From an uncultured delta proteobacterium (lineage in GTDB: Bacteria > Myxococcota_A > Polyangia > Fen-1088), in assembly GCA_963737265.1 (NCBI GenBank), contig CAVTRY010000023.1:32001-96000 (forward strand): a stretch of 64,000 bases of DNA, written 5' to 3'. Position numbers and translations under genes: made by a program. Of the stretch, positions 29,848 through 40,175 are shown one piece after another. A model generated the notes under the pieces. The model was not told the DNA's origin. It did not search any database and saw nothing but the letters and a program-made list of their open reading frames with translations. The first letter of the stretch is position 1. Every line of letters starts with the position of its first letter.

Positions 29848-31242
29848 GTGCAGATTGAGCCTCGCAAGGACGCGCTGGTTGGCACCGTGCTAGAGGGTGC
29901 CTACCGCATCACCCGTCTGATAGGCGAGGGCGGCATGGGTGCGGTGTACGAGGCCGTGCAGCTTCGCCTGGCCAAGCGGGTGGCGGTCAAGCTGATGGCG
30001 CGCCACCTGGCCGCCGACGAGAAAGCCCTGGCGCGCTTCCATCGCGAGGCCGAGATCACCTCGCACCTCGGGCACCCGCATTTGGTCGCGGTCGTGGACT
30101 ACGGCCAAGCGGAATCGGGCGAGCCCTACTTGGTGATGGAGTATCTCGAGGGCGAGGATCTCGACCACCGCCTGCGGCGCGTGGGGCGCATGCCGATCGA
30201 GTCGGTTGTCCCTGTGGTGAGGCAGGTCGCCTCGGCACTGAGCGCTGCCCACACCCACGGCATCGTTCACCGCGATCTCAAACCCGGCAACATCTTCCTG
30301 GTACAAATACCGGGCGAACCCGATTTCGTGAAGGTGCTCGACTTCGGCGTTTCGAAAATCATGGCGGCACGCACGCGCCTTACCAACGCATCGTCCGCCG
30401 TGGGCACGCCTGCCTACATGTCGCCCGAACAAGCCACCGGCTTGGTCGAAGAGATCGACCACCACGTGGACCAGTGGGCGCTGGCGTGCATCGCCTGGGA
30501 GATGCTGCTCGGCCACCCGCCGTTCGCAGCCGACGACGTGACCGCGCTTCTTTTCCAAATCATCAAGATGGACCCGCATCCGCTGACGCCGCGAGTGCCA
30601 GGCTTGGCGCCCGGTGTAGAGCTGGAGCTGCGCCAGGCACTGGCCAAGCGGCCGGCGGACAGGTTTCCATCCATTCGCGAGTTTTCCCACGCCTTCGAAT
30701 ACGCGGCACTCGGCAGGCCGGTCGACCTGACACCCGAGCCGGTGCAGGTAATGTCCGCTACGCCAAGCGGTGCGATCCTGGACTTCGACGAAACCCAAGT
30801 GTCGAAGATGTCCGCAACGCCTCTCGCACCGCAAAAGCCGAGCGAGGAGCACGTGTCCGTAGCAGCCGCAACGCCTGTAACGCCCGTTGGCATCAAGCCG
30901 GTTCACGCCATCATCGCGGGGGCGGCTGGTGTGCTCCTGCTCATCGGGGCATTCTTGCTGTTTCGTTCGAAACCCGCGCCCGAGCCGGGAACCACTGATA
31001 CGAGCAACCCGGTGGCGACTCCAATGATCGTCGTGCCGATCCGGCCGACGCCAGCACCTCCCGCGATCGTGCCGGAAGCCGCCGCAGTCCAACCAGAGGT
31101 TCGACCGGGGTTGGGCGACCCCACGTCGCCGCGCTCCGAGGCCGTCAAGACCGCGAAGCCCACGTTGCCCGCTCGCCGCGAGAAAGCAAAGCGGCCCACC
31201 TCGGGGTCCAAAACCAAGCGACAGCTCATCAAGCAGCTGTGA
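29848..31242 (+). CDS. Hanks-type Ser/Thr protein kinase with one TM helix
   Basis: GEGGMG, VAVK, HRDLKPGN, DFG and GTPAYMSPEQ. Confidence 0.95.
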   Translation: MQIEPRKDALVGTVLEGAYRITRLIGEGGMGAVYEAVQLRLAKRVAVKLMARHLAADEKALARFHREAEITSHLGHPHLVAVVDYGQAESGEPYLVMEYLEGEDLDHRLRRVGRMPIESVVPVVRQVASALSAAHTHGIVHRDLKPGNIFLVQIPGEPDFVKVLDFGVSKIMAARTRLTNASSAVGTPAYMSPEQATGLVEEIDHHVDQWALACIAWEMLLGHPPFAADDVTALLFQIIKMDPHPLTPRVPGLAPGVELELRQALAKRPADRFPSIREFSHAFEYAALGRPVDLTPEPVQVMSATPSGAILDFDETQVSKMSATPLAPQKPSEEHVSVAAATPVTPVGIKPVHAIIAGAAGVLLLIGAFLLFRSKPAPEPGTTDTSNPVATPMIVVPIRPTPAPPAIVPEAAAVQPEVRPGLGDPTSPRSEAVKTAKPTLPARREKAKRPTSGSKTKRQLIKQL

Positions 31243-31289
31243 CGCCCTAACCGGCTCAAAGCGGGCGTTCCCGCTAAAGACAGCGCGCC

Positions 31290-32306
31290 TTGCTACCGAG
31301 ATCTAGGTCGTTCCCGGCGACGGGAAACTTCAGCATGTGCACGACCTACCTCGTTCTCTTTTCGCTTCTCGCGCAGCTCGCGGCGCCTTCCGCCGATCCA
31401 CGGGCCAAGGCTCGGGCGCAGGGCTTGCTCACCGAGGGCTCGGCGCGCTACGAGAAGGGGGACTACGCTGGCGCGCTGGAGAATTTCAACGCGGCCTATG
31501 CCGCCTATCCGTCGCCCAAGCTGTTGTTCAATATCGGGCAAGCGGATCGCGATCTCAGCCGTCCGGTCGAGGCGCTGGATGCCTTCGAGAAATTCTTGGC
31601 CGCGGATACCGATGCGGCGCCCGGAACGACCGCCGATGCGCGCAAGTCCGTGGCTGAACTGCAAGGGAAGCTGGGACAGATCCGCATCGACTGCGAAAAG
31701 GCCGGCGTGGAGGTGAGCGTCGACGGCAAGAGCGTGGGGCTGACGCCGCTGCCCGAGCCGATCTGGGCCACGCCAGGTCACCACCAACTGACCGCCAGGC
31801 AAGCCAGCGCCGCCGTGGCTATCGAAACCGTGGACGTAACGGCCGGCTCGGTGCAAGCCGTGCTCCTGCTGCTCCATCCGCTGGCGGTTCCCATGGCTGC
31901 CAAGCCGATGCGGCCGCTCAAGGCCGCCCAGAACTTCGACCTGGAAACGACTCCGCTGTCAAGCGAGACCACCGCCGGTTGGTGGCTGGGTCGGAAGTGG
32001 ACCTGGGTCGCGGCCGGCGGAGCGGCGCTGGTCGGCGCAGGCGCCATCACGGCCGGCCTGACAATGCAATCCAAGTTCGACAGCCTCGACAAGTCCTGCG
32101 GCAGCGCGACCGTCAACCGCCCCGGCTGCAGCGAAAGCGATATCGCCGCGGTTCGCTCCCGCGAAATCACGGCCAACATCCTTTGGGGCGTGGCGGGCGC
32201 CGCAGCCGTGACCGCCGGCGTGCTGTTCTATGTCGAAGGCCGCCCGGTCAGCGTCTCGCCCCTCGCAGGCGGACCGACGGGTTTCATCGCCGCCGTGAGG
32301 TACTAG
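31290..32306 (+). CDS. TPR + PEGA domain protein
   Basis: TPR helices (LLFNIGQ); PEGA pattern VSVDGKSVGLTPL...PGHHQL; C-terminal hydrophobic hairpin. Confidence 0.8.
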   Translation: MLPRSRSFPATGNFSMCTTYLVLFSLLAQLAAPSADPRAKARAQGLLTEGSARYEKGDYAGALENFNAAYAAYPSPKLLFNIGQADRDLSRPVEALDAFEKFLAADTDAAPGTTADARKSVAELQGKLGQIRIDCEKAGVEVSVDGKSVGLTPLPEPIWATPGHHQLTARQASAAVAIETVDVTAGSVQAVLLLLHPLAVPMAAKPMRPLKAAQNFDLETTPLSSETTAGWWLGRKWTWVAAGGAALVGAGAITAGLTMQSKFDSLDKSCGSATVNRPGCSESDIAAVRSREITANILWGVAGAAAVTAGVLFYVEGRPVSVSPLAGGPTGFIAAVRY

Positions 32307-32344
32307 CCTTGCCAGCGCAATCCTTCTCTCTTGTCGTCACCCCG

Positions 32345-33688
32345 ATGCCCAAGCAGAAGATCGAACCGCCGTCAGGATTCGCCAAGCGTCTTCTGGTGAT
32401 CCCGGCCAGCTTCGTCGTCGTTTCCGTGCTTGGAATGGCTTGCTCGTTCGACGCTAGCAAGCTGCGCGGGAAAGGCCCAGCCGAGGCCGGCATCGCCGAT
32501 CGGCCGCTGGACCTAAACAGGAGCAACGACGCCATGACCTTCCAAGCGGAAACGGACGGCACGGCCACGCCCCCTGACGGCTACGCCGAGCTGCACACGG
32601 AGAGCGCTGTCGACGCCGACCGTGACGCGACGATAGACGCACCCGCCAGCACTGGCGGCGTGGCTGGCAGCGGGAGCGACGCGACCGACAGCGTGGTTGG
32701 CGCGGGTGGCGTCGCCGGGACCAACGGTGACCCTACTGGCGGCACGATTGGAACCGGCGGCGTCAGCACGGACGTACAAGGAAGCACCGGCGGCATGCTT
32801 GGAACTGGCGGCAACGACGCGACCGGCGGCACGGCAGAACCTGGTGGCACCGATGGCAGCATCGGGATAGCGGCGTCGGGCTCAGGCGGCCAGCAGAACA
32901 TCGATGCCGCACCCGACGCCTCTGCTTCCGACCGACCTCTCTCTCCGACCGACGTTGGCGGCGGCTTGGATGCAGGCCAAGCGTTGACGCTGGTGTGGTC
33001 CGACGAATTCGATGGACCTGCAAATACCGGTGTTGACCCCACGAAGTGGTCCTATATCACTTGGGATCCAGACACGGTCAATAACGAGGTGCAGAAGTAC
33101 ACGAATCTCCCGGACAACGTGTTTCTCGACGGAAGCGGGCACCTGGTCATTCGCGCACTCAAAATGGCCGCCGGGCCATACCCCTATACATCTGGGCGAA
33201 TCGAAACCGACGGCAAGGTCTCGTTCGGCCCCGCGCACCGCATCGAGGTCAGCGCGAAGTTGCCCGCTGGAATCGGCTCCTTCCCCGGCATCGTGATGAA
33301 CGGAACGAGCGGAAACTGGCCACAATGTGGAGAGCTCGCCATCATGGAACAATGGGGACAGGACAAGACTTGGTTCTACGCGACCTCGTATGCTGACTCC
33401 GTCGCCAACGGCAACTCGGGCAACATCAAGTACACCTTTCCCAAAGCCACCACGGCCAGCTCCGACTTCCACCTCTACGCGCTCGACTGGTACAGCGATC
33501 ACCTCGTGTTCCAGGTGGACGGCAATCAGATCCTCAGTCAGCCATACGCCACCACGTCCCCGTTCCACAACATTCCAGAGTCCATCACTCTCGACCTGGC
33601 ACTGGGAGGAAACATGGGAGGTACCATCGACCCCAATGGCTTTCCGATGGTCATGGTCGTCGACTACGTGCGCGTGTACGCGTTCTGA
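32345..33688 (+). CDS. Lipoprotein with Gly/Thr-rich linker and GH16 domain
   Basis: MAC lipobox; LVWSDEFDG, YTSGRI, WPQCGELAIME and VDYVRVY. Confidence 0.85.
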   Translation: MPKQKIEPPSGFAKRLLVIPASFVVVSVLGMACSFDASKLRGKGPAEAGIADRPLDLNRSNDAMTFQAETDGTATPPDGYAELHTESAVDADRDATIDAPASTGGVAGSGSDATDSVVGAGGVAGTNGDPTGGTIGTGGVSTDVQGSTGGMLGTGGNDATGGTAEPGGTDGSIGIAASGSGGQQNIDAAPDASASDRPLSPTDVGGGLDAGQALTLVWSDEFDGPANTGVDPTKWSYITWDPDTVNNEVQKYTNLPDNVFLDGSGHLVIRALKMAAGPYPYTSGRIETDGKVSFGPAHRIEVSAKLPAGIGSFPGIVMNGTSGNWPQCGELAIMEQWGQDKTWFYATSYADSVANGNSGNIKYTFPKATTASSDFHLYALDWYSDHLVFQVDGNQILSQPYATTSPFHNIPESITLDLALGGNMGGTIDPNGFPMVMVVDYVRVYAF

Positions 33689-33714
33689 AGAAGCGTCCAG
33701 AAATCAGAGCGGCG

Positions 33715-33860
33715 TCACTGCCCCGCATACCGAATTCGCCACACGCACTCGCCACCGTCGTCGGACACCAGCAGCGAGCCGTCCTGGGCGACCGCAATTC
33801 CCACCGGCCGGCCCCACACGTTTCCGTCGGCAGTGACGAATCCGGTGAGGAAGTCTTTGC
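33715..33860 (-). pseudogene. C-terminal fragment of a sorbosone/PQQ sugar dehydrogenase
   Basis: Minus frame reads DFLTGFVTADGNVWGRPVGIAVAQDGSLLVSDDGGECVWRIRY*. Confidence 0.7.
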
Positions 33861-33871
33861 ATGGGCCTAAT

Positions 33872-35278
33872 CTAAGAATGCTCGCGCACGTGGCTTTCGC
33901 TCAAGGCATGCGCATCCGCGAGCGGCTTGCGATAAAGCTTCGCGTATTTCTCTTGCCACACCGGCTCGGAAAGCTTTTCCCATTGAGAAGCATAGGAGAG
34001 CAGGCGCGGCTGAAGATCGCTCACCAAGCGAAACGCGCCTCCGCGACAGGTTTCGCGCGGCTTGGCTTCGTCGATGACATCCTTGAGGACCTCGGGATTG
34101 TCGATGATCATGCACGGGCGCAGGTAGTTGTCGCTGTAGGGTTGCCGCTTGCGGATCGCCGCCAGCAACTTCGAGCTGCGCAGGGTTTCCAGCAGACTCT
34201 TTTCATGCAGGTTGTCCGTCGAGATCTGGCAGAAAACACAAGGCTCGACATCACCGCTGTTGTTGATGTGCAAGTAGCGGCGTCCCCCAGCGATGCAACC
34301 GCCGACCAACGGACCGTCGTTCCAAAAGTCGGCCAGCAGGATGCCGCTCCGCTGGCGCCATTCGAGCAGGCGATGCATTCGCGACAGGCGCTGCTCGGGC
34401 GTGGGCACGAGATCCCAGACGGGCTCGCGACCAATCGGCATGTATTGGAAATACCAGCCGAGAAGCGCGCCCTGCTGGACGTAGAAGTTAACAAACTCGT
34501 CGCTGGTAATCAGTTCGTTGTTCTCCCGAGTTGCGGTGGCCGAAAATCCGAAGGGAATGCCGGCCTGGCGCAGACGGGCAAAAGCGCCGAGCAGCTTTGG
34601 GAAATGGCCGTTTCCACGTCGGCGATCGGTCTCCGCCTCGAAGCCCTCGACGCTGATACAGGGCATGACGTTGCCCAATTCAGCCAGCCGCTCGACGTTC
34701 TTTTCCGTCAGCGTGACCCCCGAGGTGTACACCTGAAACCAGACGTCGTCGTGCTTCTTCCATAGGTCGAAGATTCCGTCGTACGTGAACGGCTCGCCCC
34801 CCGATACGACGATGAAGTAACTTCCGAGGGACTTGGCCTCGGCAACCGTCCGGTCGAGGGTTTCGTAGTCCAAGTCCGAATCGCGGGCGTACTCGGCCGA
34901 GTAGCACCCGTAGCATCGCAAGGGACAACGCATGGTGGGCGAGATCACCAATAACAGCGGAATTTCGTAGCCGAGTTGTTCGGTGATCCAGTTGCGCTGG
35001 GCCTGTCCCCGTACCATTTCGTTGATGATGAGGTTCTGAATCATCTTCTTTCGACAGTTGGGATTGGCATGGGCCAGGGCACGCTTCAGCGAAAGGAGTG
35101 CCTTTTCCAGGAACCTTTGCCCCATTGGAAATTGATTCGATCCCGCCAGACGGCGAACGGTCCATAGCAGCCACTCGTCCGGAAGATGCGTGGAAGCCCT
35201 GATGATTCCAGAGAGCAATGCAGACTTCGCACTCAAAGAAGTCCGCTTGGACCAGGGAAGGTTTCTCGCAATTTCCAT
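33872..35278 (-). CDS. Radical SAM / SPASM protein
   Basis: CPLRCYGC, GGEP, and GCIAGG...GDVEPC...RPC. Confidence 0.9.
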   Translation of the reverse strand: MEIARNLPWSKRTSLSAKSALLSGIIRASTHLPDEWLLWTVRRLAGSNQFPMGQRFLEKALLSLKRALAHANPNCRKKMIQNLIINEMVRGQAQRNWITEQLGYEIPLLLVISPTMRCPLRCYGCYSAEYARDSDLDYETLDRTVAEAKSLGSYFIVVSGGEPFTYDGIFDLWKKHDDVWFQVYTSGVTLTEKNVERLAELGNVMPCISVEGFEAETDRRRGNGHFPKLLGAFARLRQAGIPFGFSATATRENNELITSDEFVNFYVQQGALLGWYFQYMPIGREPVWDLVPTPEQRLSRMHRLLEWRQRSGILLADFWNDGPLVGGCIAGGRRYLHINNSGDVEPCVFCQISTDNLHEKSLLETLRSSKLLAAIRKRQPYSDNYLRPCMIIDNPEVLKDVIDEAKPRETCRGGAFRLVSDLQPRLLSYASQWEKLSEPVWQEKYAKLYRKPLADAHALSESHVREHS

Positions 35279-35564
35279 GGTGGATCACTCCACGACGCCG
35301 AGCGCTACAGCGTCATTTTCAGTTGAGTTTCTGTGTAGTTTGGCCGCTGTTCGGCTCAAGCGCAAAAACGATATCACGGCCTACAGAAATTCAAATAGTT
35401 TGTCAACGGGCCGACTATCTGACCGGTGTGGCGGGCGATGACAGATCGAAGGAGATCGGGAAAAATGATGGACAGCAGTCCCCATGTCGGGCTAGTTGAG
35501 GCTGGGAAAAATAGCGACGACAGGTTTGCGTGTGCCGCCGCTGCGAAGGAGGGGAACGCCAAAA

Positions 35565-36977
35565 ATGAGAATCCAGCTCATCTACCCGGATCCGAACCCC
35601 CGCGTCGGGCTCAGCGGGCGAAAGATCGAGAGCGCGGCACTCCAGTTGCTGGCCGCGCTCACGCCGCCCGAGCACGAGGTGTCGATCGTGCAAGAACATT
35701 TGGGCGACCCCGTTCGCTTCGACGACCCCCGCGTCGATTTGGTCGGAATCACGGCCATGACGATCCAGGCCCGCCGTGCCTACGAGATCGCCGACAGCTA
35801 TCGAAGCGCGGGCAAGCCTGTGGTCCTCGGCGGAATTCACCCGTCGGTCCAGCCGGACGAAGCCCTCCGCCACGCCGACGCGGTTGTGGTGGGCGAGGTC
35901 GAGCCGGTTTGGTCGCAGGTTCTCGCCGACGCGGCGACCGGCCAGCTGCGCGGCATCTATCGCGGGAAAGACTTCGCCGATCTCACCCAACTGCCGCCCT
36001 ACCGGCGCGAAGTATTAGCCAAGCGCTCGTCGCTCTCGCTCCGATCGGTGCAGGCAGCGCGCGGCTGTCCTTACGACTGCTCGTTTTGTTCGGCGACGTT
36101 GTTCACCGGCCGCAAGTATCGCTTCCGCCCGGTGGAAAACGTCATCGCCGAGGTCAAGGCGCTGCAAACTCGCTTTATCTTCTTCCTCGACGACAACATC
36201 TTCTCCAATGAGGCCTACTGCCGCGCGCTTTTTTCCGAGCTCAAGAAGTTGAGCGTGATTTGGGTCGGGCAGGCCTCCTTGCATCTCACCGCGAGCAACC
36301 CCGGCCTGCTCAAGCTAGCGGCCGAAAGTGGTTGCGTCTCCCTTTTTGTCGGCATCGAGTCGCTCTCCGAGTCCAACCTGCGAGCGACCGGGGCGCTGGC
36401 GAAGAACAAGGTCAGCACGCCCGCCGAAATGGCGGCCAGCATCGGCGTGCTGCACGATCACGCCATTATGGTCATGGCCGGCGTGATCTTCGGCTTCGAC
36501 GATGACGATCCGGACGTCTTCGATCGCACGCGCGAATTCCTTTTCGATTGCGGCGTCGGCCTCGGATCGTTTTCTACCCTGACACCTTTCCCGGGTACCC
36601 GGCTGTTCGAGGAGTTGCACGCCCAGTCGCGCATCACGACCTACGAATGGGCGAAGTACGACGGCGCGACCGCCGTGTTTGTGCCCAAGCTGATGACCGG
36701 CGAAGAGCTGCAAGAGGGCACGCGCCGCATCGGTGTACACTTCTACAGCACCCCGAAAATCCTTCGCCGCTTCTGGACCAACCGCCATCATCCCTTCATT
36801 TACCTCGCCACCAGCTTCGCCTGGAGGCACTCGTGCAGGAAGGAGAACCACGTGCCTTTCTTGACTCCGAGTGGGCTGTGGCAGAGGAGCGCGAAGAAGT
36901 CGCCCGCACCGGGACTCGGCGGCGCGGCCGAGCCGCGGCTGCTGGCGCCGCCCGACCAAGACCCTATCTCAAAGTAG
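35565..36977 (+). CDS. B12-binding radical SAM protein
   Basis: DLVGIT...VVLGGIHPS...VVGE cobalamin domain; RGCPYDCSFC; TPFPGT. Confidence 0.9.
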   Translation: MRIQLIYPDPNPRVGLSGRKIESAALQLLAALTPPEHEVSIVQEHLGDPVRFDDPRVDLVGITAMTIQARRAYEIADSYRSAGKPVVLGGIHPSVQPDEALRHADAVVVGEVEPVWSQVLADAATGQLRGIYRGKDFADLTQLPPYRREVLAKRSSLSLRSVQAARGCPYDCSFCSATLFTGRKYRFRPVENVIAEVKALQTRFIFFLDDNIFSNEAYCRALFSELKKLSVIWVGQASLHLTASNPGLLKLAAESGCVSLFVGIESLSESNLRATGALAKNKVSTPAEMAASIGVLHDHAIMVMAGVIFGFDDDDPDVFDRTREFLFDCGVGLGSFSTLTPFPGTRLFEELHAQSRITTYEWAKYDGATAVFVPKLMTGEELQEGTRRIGVHFYSTPKILRRFWTNRHHPFIYLATSFAWRHSCRKENHVPFLTPSGLWQRSAKKSPAPGLGGAAEPRLLAPPDQDPISK

Positions 36978-36986
36978 GTTAATGGC

Positions 36987-37943
36987 GTGTCGAACCGCGC
37001 GGCCGCTTCCCGATCCCTGGCGCAGAGAATCCGAGGTTCCCTGCCCTCGTTCTTCGATCTTGCCAAGGTCGGATTCCGGTTCTTCGGCTTGCCGCGGAAC
37101 GCGTTCGGGTCGATCGACGTCACTGAAAAGTGCAACCTGCACTGCAAGCACTGCTACTTCTTCGAGCACGACCAGCCGGAGCAGGCGCTGAGCGTCGACG
37201 ACTGGGTGGCGTTGCTCGAGCGCTGGAAGCGAACCCGCTCGCGCTGGGAGTTTCCCTTCTTTCAGTGCTCGTGGGTGGGCGGCGAGCCGCTTTTGCGCCC
37301 GGAAGTCATCGAGCGCTGCCGGAGGTACTTTCGCTACAACCTGGTGGTCACCAACGGAACCCTGCCCCTGCCCGACTGGCCCGACATGGACTTCTATGTA
37401 TCCATCGACGGCGACGAGGAAATCCACGAAGATGTGCGCCAGCGCAAGGGCATCTACCGTCGGATCAAACAGAACGTGCTCGCGCGTGGCCGAGGTCGCG
37501 TGACCATCTCGTGTTGCATCACCCGGCTCAACGCCCATTGCATCGAGAAAATCGTGGAAGAATGGGCACCGCTCGCCGCCGGCTTCACCTTTGACTTCTA
37601 CACGCCAATGGAGGGCCGAGACGATCCGCTGTGGATCTCTTGGCGCGAACGCGACCAGGTCATAGGCCGGCTGCTCGACCTACGCCGGGTCTATCCCGAC
37701 AGCTTGAAGGTCACGGAGCGCGCGTTGCAACTAATGTACTCGGACACCGCCGCCGCCGTGACTCGGGATTGCCTGTTTGCCAAAAAGGCTTTCGCCTACA
37801 ACGCCCTTGGCGAGCTCAAGCAGAAGTGCATGATGGGCGTCAAGGCCGACTGCTCGCGCTGTGGTTGTATCGTTCCTTTCTATTTGCACTCCATGACCCA
37901 CCGCCGCCCGGCGCCGCGCCGAGAACGCCAGGAAAAGCCCTGA
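36987..37943 (+). CDS. Radical SAM protein with Cys-rich C-terminus
   Basis: CNLHCKHC, GGEPLLRP, and KC...DCSRCGC. Confidence 0.88.
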   Translation: MSNRAAASRSLAQRIRGSLPSFFDLAKVGFRFFGLPRNAFGSIDVTEKCNLHCKHCYFFEHDQPEQALSVDDWVALLERWKRTRSRWEFPFFQCSWVGGEPLLRPEVIERCRRYFRYNLVVTNGTLPLPDWPDMDFYVSIDGDEEIHEDVRQRKGIYRRIKQNVLARGRGRVTISCCITRLNAHCIEKIVEEWAPLAAGFTFDFYTPMEGRDDPLWISWRERDQVIGRLLDLRRVYPDSLKVTERALQLMYSDTAAAVTRDCLFAKKAFAYNALGELKQKCMMGVKADCSRCGCIVPFYLHSMTHRRPAPRRERQEKP

Positions 37944-38238
37944 CCGGCCGGGCTCCAGCTTATGGCTCTCAGGCAGCGGCGTTTGGGGGCGCTTCGCCCT
38001 CGAACAGCTGTTCATCGCTCACTGCTGGGGGATTGTGATCGTATTCGACGATTAGGTAGGGCATGGCTTCCTCCTGCGCGAAGTCTACGGGATGAAAAAG
38101 GTGGCGGCATCTCGGAGGTAGATCGAGGAGAGATTTCTCGTTTCCTCGGCGATGGATCCAACATCCTACCAATCGCGCTATCGCCCGTGCCGTTCCCGGC
38201 GGGGGGGCGACGCGAAGGTTCGTCAAGGAGGTCATCCC

Positions 38239-38604
38239 ATGAGCACATTTGAATTGGCCAAGAAGTTCGTCTCGCTATGCCAGCAGCACAAAGATTCCGA
38301 GGCGCTGCTGACCATGTTCGACAAGGACGCCGTGAGCGTGGAGGCGGCGGCCATGCCCAACCTGCCGCAAGAGATACGTGGCATCCCTGCGATCCAGGGC
38401 AAGGGCCAGTGGTGGACCGACAACCACGAGGTCCACTCCGCCACCGTGGACGGTCCGTACCCGAACGGAGATCGGTTCGCCGTGCGCTTCGGCTACGACA
38501 TCACCCGAAAGGCGACTGGCGAGCGCATCAAGATGGATGAGGTCGCGCTCTACACGGTCCGCGGCGGCAAGATCGTCCGTGAGGAGTTCTTCTACCCCAC
38601 CTGA
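38239..38604 (+). CDS. SnoaL-like / NTF2-family protein
   Basis: GGAGG RBS; SVEA...GDRFAVRF...MDEVALYTVRGGKIVREEFFY. Confidence 0.85.
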   Translation: MSTFELAKKFVSLCQQHKDSEALLTMFDKDAVSVEAAAMPNLPQEIRGIPAIQGKGQWWTDNHEVHSATVDGPYPNGDRFAVRFGYDITRKATGERIKMDEVALYTVRGGKIVREEFFYPT

Positions 38605-38720
38605 CAGACTGGTTGGCGAGGCGGTCCCGGTGCCGATTTCAGTGCCTGGCACCGACGTCTCCAGGTGGCGAGGATGTCGCACGAGCGATTCACGAGCGCA
38701 AAAGTTGCCTCGGCTGTCCA

Positions 38721-38753
38721 CCCTCTCCCTTCGGGAGAGGGCCTGGGTGAGGG
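38721..38753. repeat. REP-like palindrome
   Basis: CCCTCTCCC-ttc-GGGAGAGGG followed by GGGTGAGGG. Confidence 0.5.
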
Positions 38754-39197
38754 TACTGCATTGCACGTCGTGTACGGTTTCGGGGTGCTTGGCCGCGCGG
38801 GAGAAATCCGGCTGCCTCGAATTAGGTAGCCTGGAAACGGACGAAAGGCATGGCACAAAAAATGAACAGGCTCTTACTATTGCTCCTCCTTGGCGCGATT
38901 GGACTCGGTAGTTGCTACGTTGGGACGCGCGGTGGACGCGAGCACCATGGATATGGTGGGGGCAGGCGTGGCGGGTGCGGATTCTCATGCGAGCCCTAAT
39001 CGGTCGCATGCCCATCGACTACTTCAATGCCATCGTGGCTTCATTTCTGATCGCCTCCTTGCCGCTGATTCTGCATGGGAGGCCCTGGCTGCTTCGCGAG
39101 CACGCCGCCTTTGTGGCCGGAATGGCCGCGTTGACCCTTGTTTGCGCCCTGGCCGCGCCGCTGTACACACGTTGGTACCACTACATGCGTCGCCCGA

Positions 39198-39395
39198 CTG
39201 CATCCCCTCGGCCTCGTGTTCTACGCCGCGTCCACCATGCTGTGCGTGCCGAACTCGATGGCCGGCGAAGGCGTGGCCCTGGGCGCACAAGCCGGCGAAG
39301 GTCGCCTGCGCCGCGTAGCCCTGGAAGGCGGCTTCACCCGCTTCCGCCGCGCCGCCGAGACGCCGTTCAACTTGGTGCTGGAGCCGCGCCCTTAG
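39198..39395 (+). pseudogene. C-terminal fragment of a SAM-dependent methyltransferase
   Basis: HPLGLVFYAASTMLCVPNS...ALGAQAGE...GGFTRFRRAAETPFNLVLEPRP*. Confidence 0.65.
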
Positions 39396-39544
39396 CTTAG
39401 AAGACCTTCGAATGAAAAGGGTCGATCCTTTGCGGGATCGCCCTTTGGCTTAGGTACCAGAAAGGTCTATGGGCAAGCCACCGCGGTTTGGTCGTAGTCA
39501 CCACATTTGAAGTAGAAGAACCCCAACACGACTACATGCCACCC

Positions 39545-39937
39545 ATGAATCCACTCCGCGTTCACCACATCGCGCTCAAGGTCGTCGACCTCGCGGCCGC
39601 GGAGGCCTTCTATGTTGGCGTGCTGGGATTGCCAGTGCTCCGGCGTTGGCCGTCGGCCGACGGAGCTGGCGAGCGCTCATTGTGGTTGAACCTCGGCGCC
39701 GGATCCTTTCTGGCGCTGGAACGGGCCGGCCAGGGCGACGGACGCGTGGACGAAGAAGCCCCAGGATTTCATCTCGTGGCCTTGCACATCGACGCAAGCC
39801 AGCGAACGGCGTGGATTGCGAAACTCGCGCAAGCTGGCCACCCGATCTACAACCAGACGCCCCACACCATCTACGTCCGCGATCCCGAGGGCAATCGCAT
39901 CGGCCTTTCGCACTGGCCACGGGAAGCACTAGCGTGA
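39545..39937 (+). CDS. VOC/glyoxalase protein, 3' end interrupted by an IS
   Basis: HHIALKVVDL...YVRDPEGNRIGL; the stop codon is supplied by the IS left end. Confidence 0.85.
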   Translation: MNPLRVHHIALKVVDLAAAEAFYVGVLGLPVLRRWPSADGAGERSLWLNLGAGSFLALERAGQGDGRVDEEAPGFHLVALHIDASQRTAWIAKLAQAGHPIYNQTPHTIYVRDPEGNRIGLSHWPREALA

Positions 39938-40175
39938 GTTTACCGGAAGAGCCCAGTTTCAGTCGCTAGGCCAGGTCGCCGGGACCACTGCTTTCCGTCG
40001 GTGACCACGGTAGTCGCCCGTGTGCGCACATCGTATATACTAACTTAATATGCACGAGGGTCACCGACAGGCCAGCCGTCGGCCCAGCCGTCGGCCATAT
40101 TCCAGCGTAAATGCGATACTTGATGACATGAAAAATTGCTTGTCCCGGTCTATTCCCATGGTGTATATACTAACT

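Noticed and set aside
32640-32900. Repeated ACCGGCGGC-like units
   Set aside because: They encode the Gly/Thr-rich linker of the GH16 protein and are not a DNA repeat element.
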